Positions 52,994 through 64,000 of a stretch of 64,000 nt of DNA are shown here, piece by piece. Source of the stretch: Schmidtea polychroa (taxonomy: Eukaryota). The DNA lies in assembly GCA_044892525.1 (NCBI GenBank), contig CM097885.1, positions 236,160,001 to 236,224,000 of the forward strand. The letters are read 5' to 3'. Each line of letters starts with the position of its first letter. The first letter of the stretch is position 1. The notes under the pieces are model-generated. The model saw nothing but the letters and a program-made list of their open reading frames with translations, had not been told where the DNA came from and made no database searches. Made by a program: the position numbers and the translations under genes.

Positions 52994-54999
52994 TCATTCA
53001 AAATGAGAGCTACGTCTTTGATTTTGATATAAATTAGGGAAATCCTTGCTCCACACATTATTACCGTTGATATTGGGATACATGTTTTCTGGTGATATTA
53101 TTATCGTATTCTGTTGATTAACATTCTTATATTCATTTTCAAAGTTGTTTAACCTTTTATTTTGTACACTTATACTTGAAATATTATTATTATTTGATAC
53201 GGGATATGGATTGATTGGGCATAGCTGTGTAGAATCATTAAATCTAAAGCCTGAAATTATTGCACTCGTACAAGAACTAGAATCGGACGACAATTTGTCT
53301 TCATCTATAAAATACAAAAATATCAAAATTAATAAATTGTTAAAAGATTTTAGTGAAAATTTTAAATGAAATTGCAATAAATACCAGCAATGGAATCCAG
53401 AAATCCATTATTTGAATTAGAATCTGCACATAGTGAACTGGAGTATCGAAGGTTGCCATTTATTAAATTATTAGTTCCCATGCAAGATTTTCCCGTTTTC
53501 TTTTTTCTTGCTCTCGCATTTTGAAACCAAACTTGTGTTACTCGTTTGTTTAATTGAGCTGAATTGGCAATTTTTTCAAGTTCTTGTCCATCGGGATTAC
53601 ATTCCGAATCAAAATGCGCTTGTAAAATAGCCAATTGTTCTGGAGTGAAACTTGTTCGAATTCTTTTCAATTTATTTTTACCACTACTATCACTACCTAA
53701 TAATTACAAGTTTAATAATTTTAATTAATTATTTCAAATTTTAGCATTGATTTAAGTTGAAAGCATAAGAATTTATACAGATCTCAGTGGTTCAATAATT
53801 GCGCATTGTCAATCGACATTGGCTAGCATGTAAATGTTGTTTAATTTCTTTACAACTAATTGCACAATTGAATAACTTATTTATTGTACTACTGGTTATC
53901 TAGTTTGAGTAGTGCACTATATTGATTCAATAGTTACAGATTTTTAGTTCATTAATTAAATAAGTCTTAATTTTCCAGATCAGTGAATTATTATAATTTC
54001 ATTTTTAGTGGACTTTAAAAATTTTGTTACAAGATACTCGGAGCGCACTTTGAGAACCGTTTATTTAAATTATTATTAATTACATATTTATCAATGGTAT
54101 AATTATTTGTGATTTATTTATAAATAAAGTGTTAATGATAATAATTTGTTTATGATTCCAATTATTAAAGAAACTAACTATTTTCCGTTTTCCCGTTACA
54201 AATTTCCAGGAAGTGTTCATGACAAAACAAACGATCTTCGATTAAGCTGCATTTTTCTCCTTTAGTGAGTTGCCGTGTACAAATACAGCAAGTGAAGCAT
54301 GATATGTGAAATGGAAAATCATTCAGTCTGTGCACCCATGCATCTCCAGAAACCAAAGTGTTACATCTTTGGCAATATGTCATTCTAAATTTCAATTTTG
54401 CAATAAAGAAAATTTATTTAATAAACCTTTTTTTACAATCTTTACAAATCACTTTTCCTTTTCTTATCCAACATTGTTCATCTGATTCTGTCAAAAGTGA
54501 GGAACATTTGCAACAAATTAAACACTGCAAATGAAATCTTTCTTTAAACGTTTCTTTATTTACTTGCTTTAGGTGATAATACGATTCCTTCATGATTAGG
54601 TAATCATTGCAGGCAAAACACTTCCCATCAAACCGATTCTCTTTTTCAATATTTTGACAATCATCATTGTTATTCTAAATTTTAAGAGATCAATTAAAAC
54701 ATTTTTTACTGAATTGCTGAATTGATTTGTCTAGAAATCTACAGGAATTTTATTCGTGAGTTTTTATTTGGGAAAGAATTTTTAAATAAAAATATATCAT
54801 GAAAAAAGTTGAATTCAGTGTAATTTATTTTCAATAAACTTTTATATTTAATAAAAACAATTTCACTTACTATACTTTTGATGAGGCATCTAGATGATGT
54901 TGAGTTAGCTTTGCAACAGTATGTTAAATTCTGATTGATATCACTTAATTCACATTCGGAATTTAAATCATTCCCGATCATAGAATCATAAATAATCAT
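52994..54999 (-). CDS. Awh: LIM-homeobox transcription factor, Arrowhead/Lhx6/8 class; exons 54999-54871, 54674-54427, 54384-54179, 53696-53385, 53304-52994 (401 aa)
   Basis: Two LIM domains (CFAC..HLQCLICCKC..CKDC; CQRC..HISCFTCCIC..CHEH) and homeodomain KRIRTSFTPEQLAILQAHFDSECNPDGQELEKIA..KRVTQVWFQNARARKKK; NPDGQ and KRVTQ are Awh-type. Four GT-AG introns (196, 42, 482, 80 nt) with consistent phases; 1206 nt total. Confidence 0.92.
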
Positions 55000-56283
55000 T
55001 TCATTTAATATTTGTCGAGATTTATTGTCTTAAAATCGCTTTTCCATCCAATAGTTGACTAGTTCAGTGCTCAATAATTGGCTGTTATTTTCTGTGGTGG
55101 ATAATTGGAATTATGTTTTGCTGATTTCAGTCTTTAAATTTACTTGCAATGAGAATAATTGCTGAAAAGACATTCTTTAAATGAAAATTGCCAGATAAAA
55201 CATCAAATAATTATGAGAATAATTATAGAATTTGTATGAAATTATTCTCACATATTGTTTTTAGAAAAATGAAAATTTTATTTTAAAATTAGTAATTAGA
55301 GTTTAATCAAACAAAAAAATAGGATAAGAAATCAAATTTTCTGAAATAAAACAGTTTATGTCCGCGGTCGACAACACAAATGTGCTGGATTACTACAAAA
55401 CAGGTAATTAATAGGATTGACCATTCCGCGTACTACTAAAGTAAAATTTTATTTTATTGGACTATAATATATTAATTATATAAAAACATCAACGCAAATG
55501 GGCTGAAATAACAATTTATGGTAAATTCTATCACTTCATTTTAGTCTAAAATATATTTTTACTTATTCACAGTAAGGTGAAGGTTCAAGTAATGAAAACG
55601 TTTCTGATCCCATATGTTACCGACCACTTGTCTGTACTAAGATATAAGTGGAAATATTATTATTGGTGAAACAATTTTTATTACCAATGTCAAAATGGTA
55701 ATCAGTGACGATTTCAATAAACGCAACTTACAAATGAAAATATTATTATAATTTACTTGAATGACATACTTTCATAAAATGGAATAAAGACAAAAGTACA
55801 CTAAAATTACTTATAAAAGAATAACATCAAAGGATTCTTTCTGATAGAATGAATAAATAAGGTATTTATAATATAGGATCTTGATTGAATGGGCATTTTC
55901 ACTCGCTTTTTGGTATAAATAGTTATAAAGGAAACTGCCGAAAGAAGTAAGAGAAATTTTATTATGTAATTTTTGAGTTTGGTAATCTATGCATGATCAG
56001 TGTCAGAAATCTTTGGGCTCAAAATTGTCTACTGACAGCCATGTGTGCTCTGCAATTAAATCCGCCACAGAGAAAAGAAAAAATACCTTTTTATTTTGAA
56101 GAGTTGAAAGTTTATTAATTTTTTAAATAAATAAATATTGTAGTTCATCAAATATACTACTTTGATCATTTGATAATGTTTTTTTCTTATTTTATGCTTT
56201 TCCTGTAACCTGTTAGCAATGTTCACACACATTTTATTGTTAAATCAAATTTTCTTATAATTATAGGAGCCACTTATCTAGAT

Positions 56284-57200
56284 CAGTGTCAGGCAGGGGC
56301 GGCTCAAGAAATTTTGTCCAAGCCTAGCGCCCTAGGCGAATTTTTAAATTTCTTAATTCAATGAGTAGATATTTCATAATAAAATATTTTTGCACCCTAA
56401 AAAATTTTGCGCCCTAGGCGGCCGCCTAATTCGCCTATATGGTAGAGCCGTCCCTGGTGTCAAGTAACTTTTTCGCATCGCGGCACTTTAAGCCAATTTC
56501 TTTTTCTTGAGGCACCCCTATATAAAAGATCAACAGTTGAAAATCTTATAATAAATTTTTATTTACAAGTAATGATTCGAATACAATTAAATTTTATTTT
56601 TGTTCAATGCGAAATTTGAGATTGCTTTTCACGCAAATATGGTTGATGCGAGTCTCAATTTTCGAAAGACAAACACGCATTTCTTTATAGATCATTTGTA
56701 GTCTCTCACGCTTTTTTTACTTCATTTCTGTGAGTACCGAAAAGCCCTGCTCGCAAAGATAAGAGCTTTCAAATGGCAACATTAATTCTATTGCTTTGCT
56801 GCTCAATCGTGCAAATTCGTTGTTGAAGGATATCCAGAACTCAAACAGCTCTGTTACTACAAAGATTCTTTTGAAAACCAAATCATTTCTCAAATCAATC
56901 AGGTTTTCCTCAAGCTCCTCTTCAAGATTGATGGCTTCACACTCCGCAAATGGGTTGACAACCCATTCCATTTCAGTTACGTTGAGATTGGGAAAGTACT
57001 TAAGAAATGATTCTGACAAAAATTTCAAAGCATCTTCTATTTCTTGCTTGATTTGAATTTTTGAGAGAATCGAGTCACCAATCGGAAAGGATCCAAAGAT
57101 TGATCTGCTGACTTTTAGACTCCACAATCTCAGTTTTTCCTCAATTCTTTTTAACGTGCCGGGGTAGTGATGACGTTTTCTTCAGCTCCTTGCAATTTCA
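56284..57200 (-). mobile_element. hAT Charlie/Buster transposase 3' relic with its terminal repeat
   Basis: WVVNPF..LIDL..FW..LPFESSYLCEQGFSVLTEMK, a Buster-type C-terminal motif. The end sequence CAGTGTC..AACTTTTT..CGCGGCAC at 56284 is split by a MITE. Confidence 0.88.
56294..56456. mobile_element. hAT-type MITE inserted in the Charlie/Buster terminal repeat
   Basis: TIRs CAGGGGCGGCTC / GAGCCGTCCCTG; TSD GTGTCAGG/GTGTCAAG. Confidence 0.88.
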
Positions 57201-57616
57201 AAGTAATTTTAATATTTTTGATACACAAAAGCTGCCTTAGAATTTTTGAACGGAAAATTTGTGGTTTTAATATTTTCTATAGACAAGTTGTGGTATCAGA
57301 ATTAATGAATCCGCTTCAGTAAAAATATTTGTAATTATTTTAAAGAAATGTTGGTCATAGAAATGTCTGAATATAAATATATTTAAATAAATAAATTTAG
57401 GTTGAATGAGATTTGGACATGGTTTTGTGGTCTCAATAAAAACGCGTGTAACAATTTTGAATAAGAAATTTTGGCCATAGAAATGTATGTACATTATTTT
57501 CAATGGTTTAGATGACTAAAGAAGTGGTTGAATTAAATATTTAAAGAGTTTGAATAGTCAATAAAATCTTTTAGAATTTAATGAACTAAGTTTGAATAAA
57601 GTTGGTTTGAATTACA

Positions 57617-58053
57617 CAGTGCTTTTTTCTGATGGAACGCTCCGGAACGGCGTTCCGGCACATTTTTTCGCTGAATGATTTAAAAAAATTGACATATGTT
57701 TTGGTTTTTTGTCATATTTCTATTTCTGACATTTCAAATAGTCAATTACAATCAAATTAAAAGTAGTAGTCGTACGCCAAAGCAAGTGAATCATAACTCC
57801 ATGCTTCCTATGTGTTATTACTATTAGTATAATGGAATTACTATTATTATAATGAAATTACTATTATTATAATGGAATTTGCTATAAACAACTTTACGAT
57901 TTCATTTTTCTTTACATTTTTTCTGCATTATAAAATTAATCGGTAATAAGTTACTTATAACTAATAAGTGTATATTTTGTGTCCTGCATAATTATTTTAT
58001 TTGTTAACTAATTTCAGCGTCATTTACGCTCCGGCACCTTAAAAAAAGCACTG
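57617..58053. mobile_element. hAT-type MITE
   Basis: TIRs CAGTGCTTTTTT / AAAAAAGCACTG; perfect TSD GAATTACA. Confidence 0.9.
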
Positions 58054-59193
58054 GAATTACATAATTATTTAAAAAGTATTCAAAATGGTAAAATAAAGTA
58101 AGAATAAATTCTTAATTACGCAATGTCCTGGTTTATTTTTGCTTGAGATAAAAAATATTTTTTTAATATATTTCGGTTTAATTAGGTGCAAGGAAAACAA
58201 AAATATTAATTTTTATTCTTATTTATTTAAAAAATAATGTTCATAATTATGCATATAGTTTTTTAATCGATTGTTTTGTTAAATTTTGAATATAAGTTAC
58301 GAAAAAACACATGGCTTATTTTTTTCGTATTTTTACATTATTGTATATTTTTTACATTATATTTACATTATTGTATATGAATATTTTAATTTTAATTACA
58401 GTTTCTGTGTAAAAAATCAAATTAAATATTACTAACCTTGTACTTTTGAAAATTGCTCAGCCATGATGATTTAATTATGGAGTATCTCAGGAACAACTTA
58501 ACACACGCTAACAGAAATTTTAGGTTATGCTTATAAATATCGCCAGCATTAAATATTTGAAGCGTCATTAAAAAATATTGATTCTAGTTCTCTATAAAAA
58601 ACCATGAAATTGATGTACAATGAAAGAAGTAATGAAAATAATACAATTGAGTAAATTAAAGTAAGGCTTGATGACATAATATAGAATTTCTGAAGTAATT
58701 AAGATCTGATAGACAAGAATTGACTGGATGGCTTAATTTGAATTTTTTAAAGTTAATTTATAATTAAATTAATTATAAAAAATTTTTTTACAAATAATAA
58801 AAATAACAATAATACTCAAGCAATTGAGGTTTACCAACAAAAATTACATAAAAATTAATGACAAATATTTTCAAATACAAATTTTATTCTACACATAGTT
58901 GCTTTTAATTTATTAAAGTACTTTTAATTCCTTCTCAATTCAGTCAACAAAATCTTCCGTGAATTTAATCCCAGATCTTTGAATTTGATTCATAATGCAA
59001 GTTTATTACTTCTTTAGTGTCAGTTTATGTTGTCTGGACTATTATGAACGCTAGTACTTCTTGTACACAATAGGAAAACACATTCTTCAGTTGTAATTAA
59101 AGTTCTTTAATTTTAATGACAATTATTTCGAATAAATAGGCTTCTGAAATTTTTTATTTACAATTTTTTATTCGTTTACAAACAATATAAATA

Positions 59194-59284
59194 TTATTAA
59201 AAAGAGCTTGAAAACTATAAATCAGTAAGATATCGATGTTTTTGATATATTACTGATTTATAGTCTTCAAGCTCTTTGTAATAA
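59194..59284. repeat. 91-bp near-perfect hairpin
   Basis: TTATTAAAAAGAGCTTGAAAACTATAAATCAGTAAGATATC ... GATATATTACTGATTTATAGTCTTCAAGCTCTTTGTAATAA. Confidence 0.85.
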
Positions 59285-59810
59285 ATTCAATGGGAAAAAA
59301 ATCAGTGGTGAAATTGGAAAAAAAAGTTCTTATAATTATATAAATATTACTTTATAAACATTTATTGTTTATAAAAAATTCTAAAATTTTTTATCTATCA
59401 TCGTAACTTATATTTTTAATCGTTTTTATTCAGCGGTATCCACTATCCGCATTTTCCTGTTTTGAAAATTAATATTGGATACTTTCCGTTTTTATCAAGA
59501 CAAATTGTTGCTTTTCAATAGGGATCTTTATTCCATTGACTAAATATCTTCTATAAATTATATTTCCCAACATTTGATGTAAATATAATTATAAAAAAAT
59601 TAATTTAGTTGAAATAGAATAAAAAATGCTGTTTTAAGTTGTAGGACTAAGTATTCATTGGAAATCCTTATTTGTATGTAATTAATTCGATAAAATCCAT
59701 TGCCAATACATTATATTGGCATAGAGATGACGTTGAAAAGCATTAACTTATCCAAAACCAATTCTATATATTAGAAATAACAATAATAAAAGGATTTGAA
59801 TAAAACTTAT

Positions 59811-60189
59811 AGTGTATGCGGAAAATACTATGTTTTTGAATATATTTAAAAATCAATCTGTTTTTAAGAAAATTTGGGAAATGTTAACCTGCATAATAAT
59901 CACTCCCGTTATTTCGTTGATCCAAATGATCTAAGCGTCCACACGCATAATATAGAGGGATTGTGGAGTAGATCGAAATATTTCCTCAAAAAGAAGAAAG
60001 GGTTGTGAGAAAAACAGTCTGAATATTTGATTCAATTTATTTAGCAGTATTTTATTCCAAAAAGAAAAAAGTTAATGGTCCTATTACAAACGCAAGATTA
60101 AACATGTTATGTTGTTGTTCTGTGTATTTGAAGTATTGTGTTAATTAATTTTAAATATATTCAAAAACATAGTATTTTTCACATAAACC
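59811..60189 (+). mobile_element. Non-autonomous Merlin (IS1595-like) element
   Basis: ~45-bp imperfect TIRs, perfect 8-bp TSD AAACTTAT, internal NHSRYFVDPNDLSVHTHNIEGLWSRSK..YLIQF (Merlin/IS1595 catalytic C-terminal motif). Confidence 0.85.
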
Positions 60190-61514
60190 AAACTTATCAC
60201 CTAGATCAATGTTTCTCAAACTTTTCAGATGGGAGGAGTGGTAAAAAATTATCTGCACCCACAGTCGATGCCGATTATATTAATTAATTTTATTTTTATA
60301 TGACCTTAAATATATCAAGAAATTTATATAAATGCATGCTTCTTTAAATTTATAATAAAGTTTTGTGCCAAAATATTTTTTAGTTACAATCATTCTTCCC
60401 ATACAAGACTAAATATTTATCTTTTGACTGTTTAACAAATGTCTAATTTTGAATTTTATTTTTATTTTGGATTTTTCATCAAACTCCTGTATGAATTTAA
60501 AAGATTTATAACTCATTCGATACGTAGAAATCTCCTATACAAATTGACATATTTTATTTACAAAGAAAAAATTTTCAATCATATTTTTGAAAATGAAAAT
60601 TTAATTTATTATCCATCAAATCGCATTTATTTATTAAAAATTCTAAATTAGTTCATTTTAATTTTAAATATACTTAACTATTAAAAATTTATATTACTTA
60701 CTTTGAAAAATATAACCAATAAAGAACATAAACCATTTCTACGAGGTCATTTTGAACTGAAAAGTTTCTCAATGCCTACATTTGGTATTGTTATTCGTAT
60801 AGTTGCATTACAAATACAGAATGAGAAATGAAAAACAAATTTTATCAAATGTTTTGATATTGGATTTATTTTTCAATTGTTGCGGGTATTGAAATTTACG
60901 GGACCTTTGTACGTTTGCTCTGAATATGATAAACATAATGAAATTGTGGTTTTGGGGCATTAGGTGGAACGCGTTACTTGGGGAGTCTAACCAGAAAATG
61001 CTTTAAGCATGGATCAAAAACGAGTCAACAAGACAAAAGAAAAAATATATAAAAATAAGTAGTCCTTAACCCATTATTCTAACATCTACTAAAATATGGT
61101 AAAATCTGGCTTGAATTTTCGATGTTGGTTACATTCGGATAGGCTGACATTTTCTGATCTCAATTTAAAGAATCATCTAGCGCCCTAATCCAATTTAATT
61201 TTTATTTTATTTGCGGGAGAACCCTTTACAATATTCAGTACAAAAAGACATTGATATAAAAAGATTTAACTTTTTGAAAAATGAACTGAAATATTATTTA
61301 CCAGAGACGCATATATTGAGAATTAAAGAAATAACTGAAATCTCATGCGAATCAATCCCAATATGTTATCATATACTCAATTTCTTCAAATGGAATGCAA
61401 TATTTGTGAAGGGATATCAATGAAAAGATGTGGAGATTCAAATCATATTTGTCATATTAGCTACAAGAAACATTTGTAATTCACATGTTACTTGGTAAAA
61501 TACATAACTCATAT

Positions 61515-62211
61515 CAGTGCCGTAGCTAGAGGGTGGCAAATGGGGCGACCTCCCCGGGCGCCGAGTCGAAGGGCGCCAAAACTGTGAAATGATCATTTAA
61601 ATTTTTTTTGCTTTTCTATCTTTTTTTCATATTAAATTTTTATATTCTGCTTTCCATATTTACTGTTTTCAAAAGTTAAACAAAAACAAAACTATTTTGC
61701 TGGTCTATCTAAAGGTTTTTGCAAACGGGCGACTAAATCCGAAGGTGGCTGATCATGAAAACATTTTTGAGCATAGAAAATGCTACTTAGCCTGGAAAGA
61801 TCTTGAAAATCGTTTGAAAGAAGGAAGGGCAATTGATGATAATGACCAATCGATATGCTCGATACAGTAGTCTATATATAAAAACGAGAAAAGAATCAGA
61901 ATAATTTTTTCATAGTAAGGGAAATTTTGTGAAACATGGCAACGCATTTCTTGCAAACTCGGCCACCCGCTGATATGGGAGTTGAACTTATATATGTATA
62001 TACACATGTATAATAAATATTTATAATTAATTGGTTTTCGTTATAATATAAGTTTGGTTAAGCATTGTATAGCTTTGCATCTTAATTTGACTCTTCAAGA
62101 CCAATTCCATTCCTGTAAGTACATAATTAATGGGAGTGGTGGATTCTTTTGGTACCAGGGGCGCCAAATTTCAATTTCGCTCCGGCGCCATTTTCCCTTG
62201 CTACGGCACTG
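61515..62211 (+). mobile_element. Non-autonomous hAT (Tip100-like) element
   Basis: TIRs CAGTGCCGTAGC / GCTACGGCACTG; perfect TSD ACTCATAT; relic HENIFEHRKCYLAWKDLENRLKEGRAID (TTF-type Zn finger end). Confidence 0.9.
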
Positions 62212-62614
62212 ACTCATATTATTCTTATATTTAAAAAGAAATATATTCAATGTTTTTTAATACAGATGTTTTAAATAGTCAATATTTTTTACAAAAAGTT
62301 ATAATACACTTCGTTTTTAGGTACTCAATTTATTTTTAAACTTTAATCTTCGATTAATACATATCATTTACAATATTTTCGTCATTTCGCAAAATTAAAT
62401 AATTATTATTTAACATATAACAATTAATACTGATTAATAAATTCAATTGAATATAATAAATTATAAAATGATATTTTTGGAGAAATCAATATAAAAATGT
62501 TTTATTATTAAGTTTTATTATAAAATCAATATTATTTAATAATATCTTTTCTTTGAGTCTGTATTTTTAAAACAAAGAAAATATAATGTGCTTATATCTG
62601 GCATTCAACTAGAT

Positions 62615-63143
62615 CAGGGTTTACCAAACTTTGCTTATTTTTTAATTTTTTTTTATCATAATTTTATTTATCATAATTCACATGTCAGACAACCGCATGT
62701 GAATGGTGTAGTGAACGTCTTTGGGATGATTGCAGTTGGTTTGGTTAACTATAAAAATGTTGAGGGTGGTATGAGTTGTGCCTCTGGACGGGATTGCGTG
62801 AGGCTGGATTCCGCGTGATGTGTAAACACGAAAAAGCGAACTGTCCTTTCGCACACCGAAGATCATACAAACAAGACTTCAGCGAATCAGGTAAAAATAA
62901 TCCCATCTACCACATCTCTTTCATGCGCACAGGATGAGAGATAGTCTTTCTCCCTCATTAAAGAATATTGCTGTACCCAACTTCTACGTACTAAATATTT
63001 TGGCCTACTTCTTAAAACTCAATGAAGTTTAACCGTCGCTCGTCTTTCATTATGAGGGAGAATATGGTTTAATTTTCTAAATTTACTTCAAATTTTTGAA
63101 AATATCTATTTAGGCTTCGCGGAACATAGTTTGGGAAACCATG
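62615..63143. mobile_element. hAT Charlie/Buster-like MITE
   Basis: TIRs CAGGGTTTACCAAACT / AGTTTGGGAAACCATG; TSD AACTAGAT/AATTAGAT with central TA. Confidence 0.8.
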
Positions 63144-63499
63144 AATTAGATGATTTTTCAAGAAATAGAAAAATATTCGATATAATTCAGAACAAACAAA
63201 TATCAATTGTGATTTTAAAGACAATATTTTAATATATTTATAGTGATGAAGAATAAATACCTCAATTCGAATAAATAATTAAAATAATTATTCAAGGATA
63301 TCAAACGAATGAGGAACAATCAAATCCGATATGAAGGATTGAAAGTGTTGACAAATATATTTAAAATGAACATAATAAAAAAATAAATATTATTATTAGA
63401 CTTTCTTTTCATCATTTACTATATATATTAAACAAACAAAGTATTTTTTAAAAATCGCCATTCGTACATCTTTTTCACTATATATTTCGATAGCGTCAC

Positions 63500-64000
63500 T
63501 ATCATCATCAGGTTAACTACATTCACGACGGATGAATAACTATACTATATTTTTAATAATGAATGGTATGAACAAAATGATGGAGTGACTATGGGTTCAC
63601 CCTTAGCACCAACAATGGCGTCAATATTTTTGGCATGTTTAGAAAAGAAAATTGCTTCTTTTCAATATGAAAACCAATTGTGTATAAAAGGTATGTTGAT
63701 GATATTTTTCTGATATTTAAAAATAAGGAACATATGAAACCTTTTTTGCATTACATGAATGGATTGCATAAGAACATTAAATTCACATGTGAAACTGAGA
63801 AGGATTCATCCATAGCATTTCTTGACTTGTTAATTAAACGTAAAGATGAACAATATGAGACAGAAATTTACAAAAAAAACAACGGATACCGGCCTCTATA
63901 CTACCCCATAGAGTTTTTGTGAATTTAAATATAAAAGAAACATGGTGAAAGGATTGGTTTATCGATCATGGTGCTTATCTTCCACTTTTAAAAATTCAGT
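63500..64000 (+). mobile_element. Penelope-like retroelement reverse transcriptase, 5'-truncated, runs off the window
   Basis: YEQNDGVTMGSPLAPTMASIFL..YKRYVDDIF..MNGLHKNIKFTCETEKDSSIAFLDLLI..IYKK..TGLY; frameshift near 63875. Confidence 0.92.

Overview
Very AT-rich, transposon-dense animal DNA; short 40-42 nt introns and (AAT)n/(TA)n microsatellites would fit a flatworm-like invertebrate, but the taxon cannot be fixed from this window. (1) Bases 1-14158 are one non-coding repetitive structure. It holds a ~10.5 kb palindrome (arms 390-5042 and 6281-10941, nearly identical, ~1 kb loop) followed by ordered satellite blocks. It ends in a C/G hairpin and a terminus reading AGTAGGTAG on the minus strand, reminiscent of a Polinton/Maverick end. 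A diverged short relative lies at ~40.4-41.2 kb. (2) Two host genes can be assembled with fully phase-consistent GT-AG introns. One is a + strand Asx/ASXL-like gene (exons 26105-26671, 32566-33186, 41704-41782, 41823-42335, 47343-49381) with a DEUBAD/ASXH domain and no visible C-terminal PHD. The other is a - strand LIM-homeobox gene of the Arrowhead/Lhx6/8 class (54999-52994, 5 exons, 401 aa). (3) The rest is relic transposons: Zator-like, hAT (Tip100- and Charlie/Buster-like, many MITEs with 8-bp TSDs), Tc1/Tc3, pogo/Tigger, piggyBac, Merlin, Gypsy and Penelope, the last with hammerhead-like motifs. All family assignments are by eye from remembered motifs; no database search was run.
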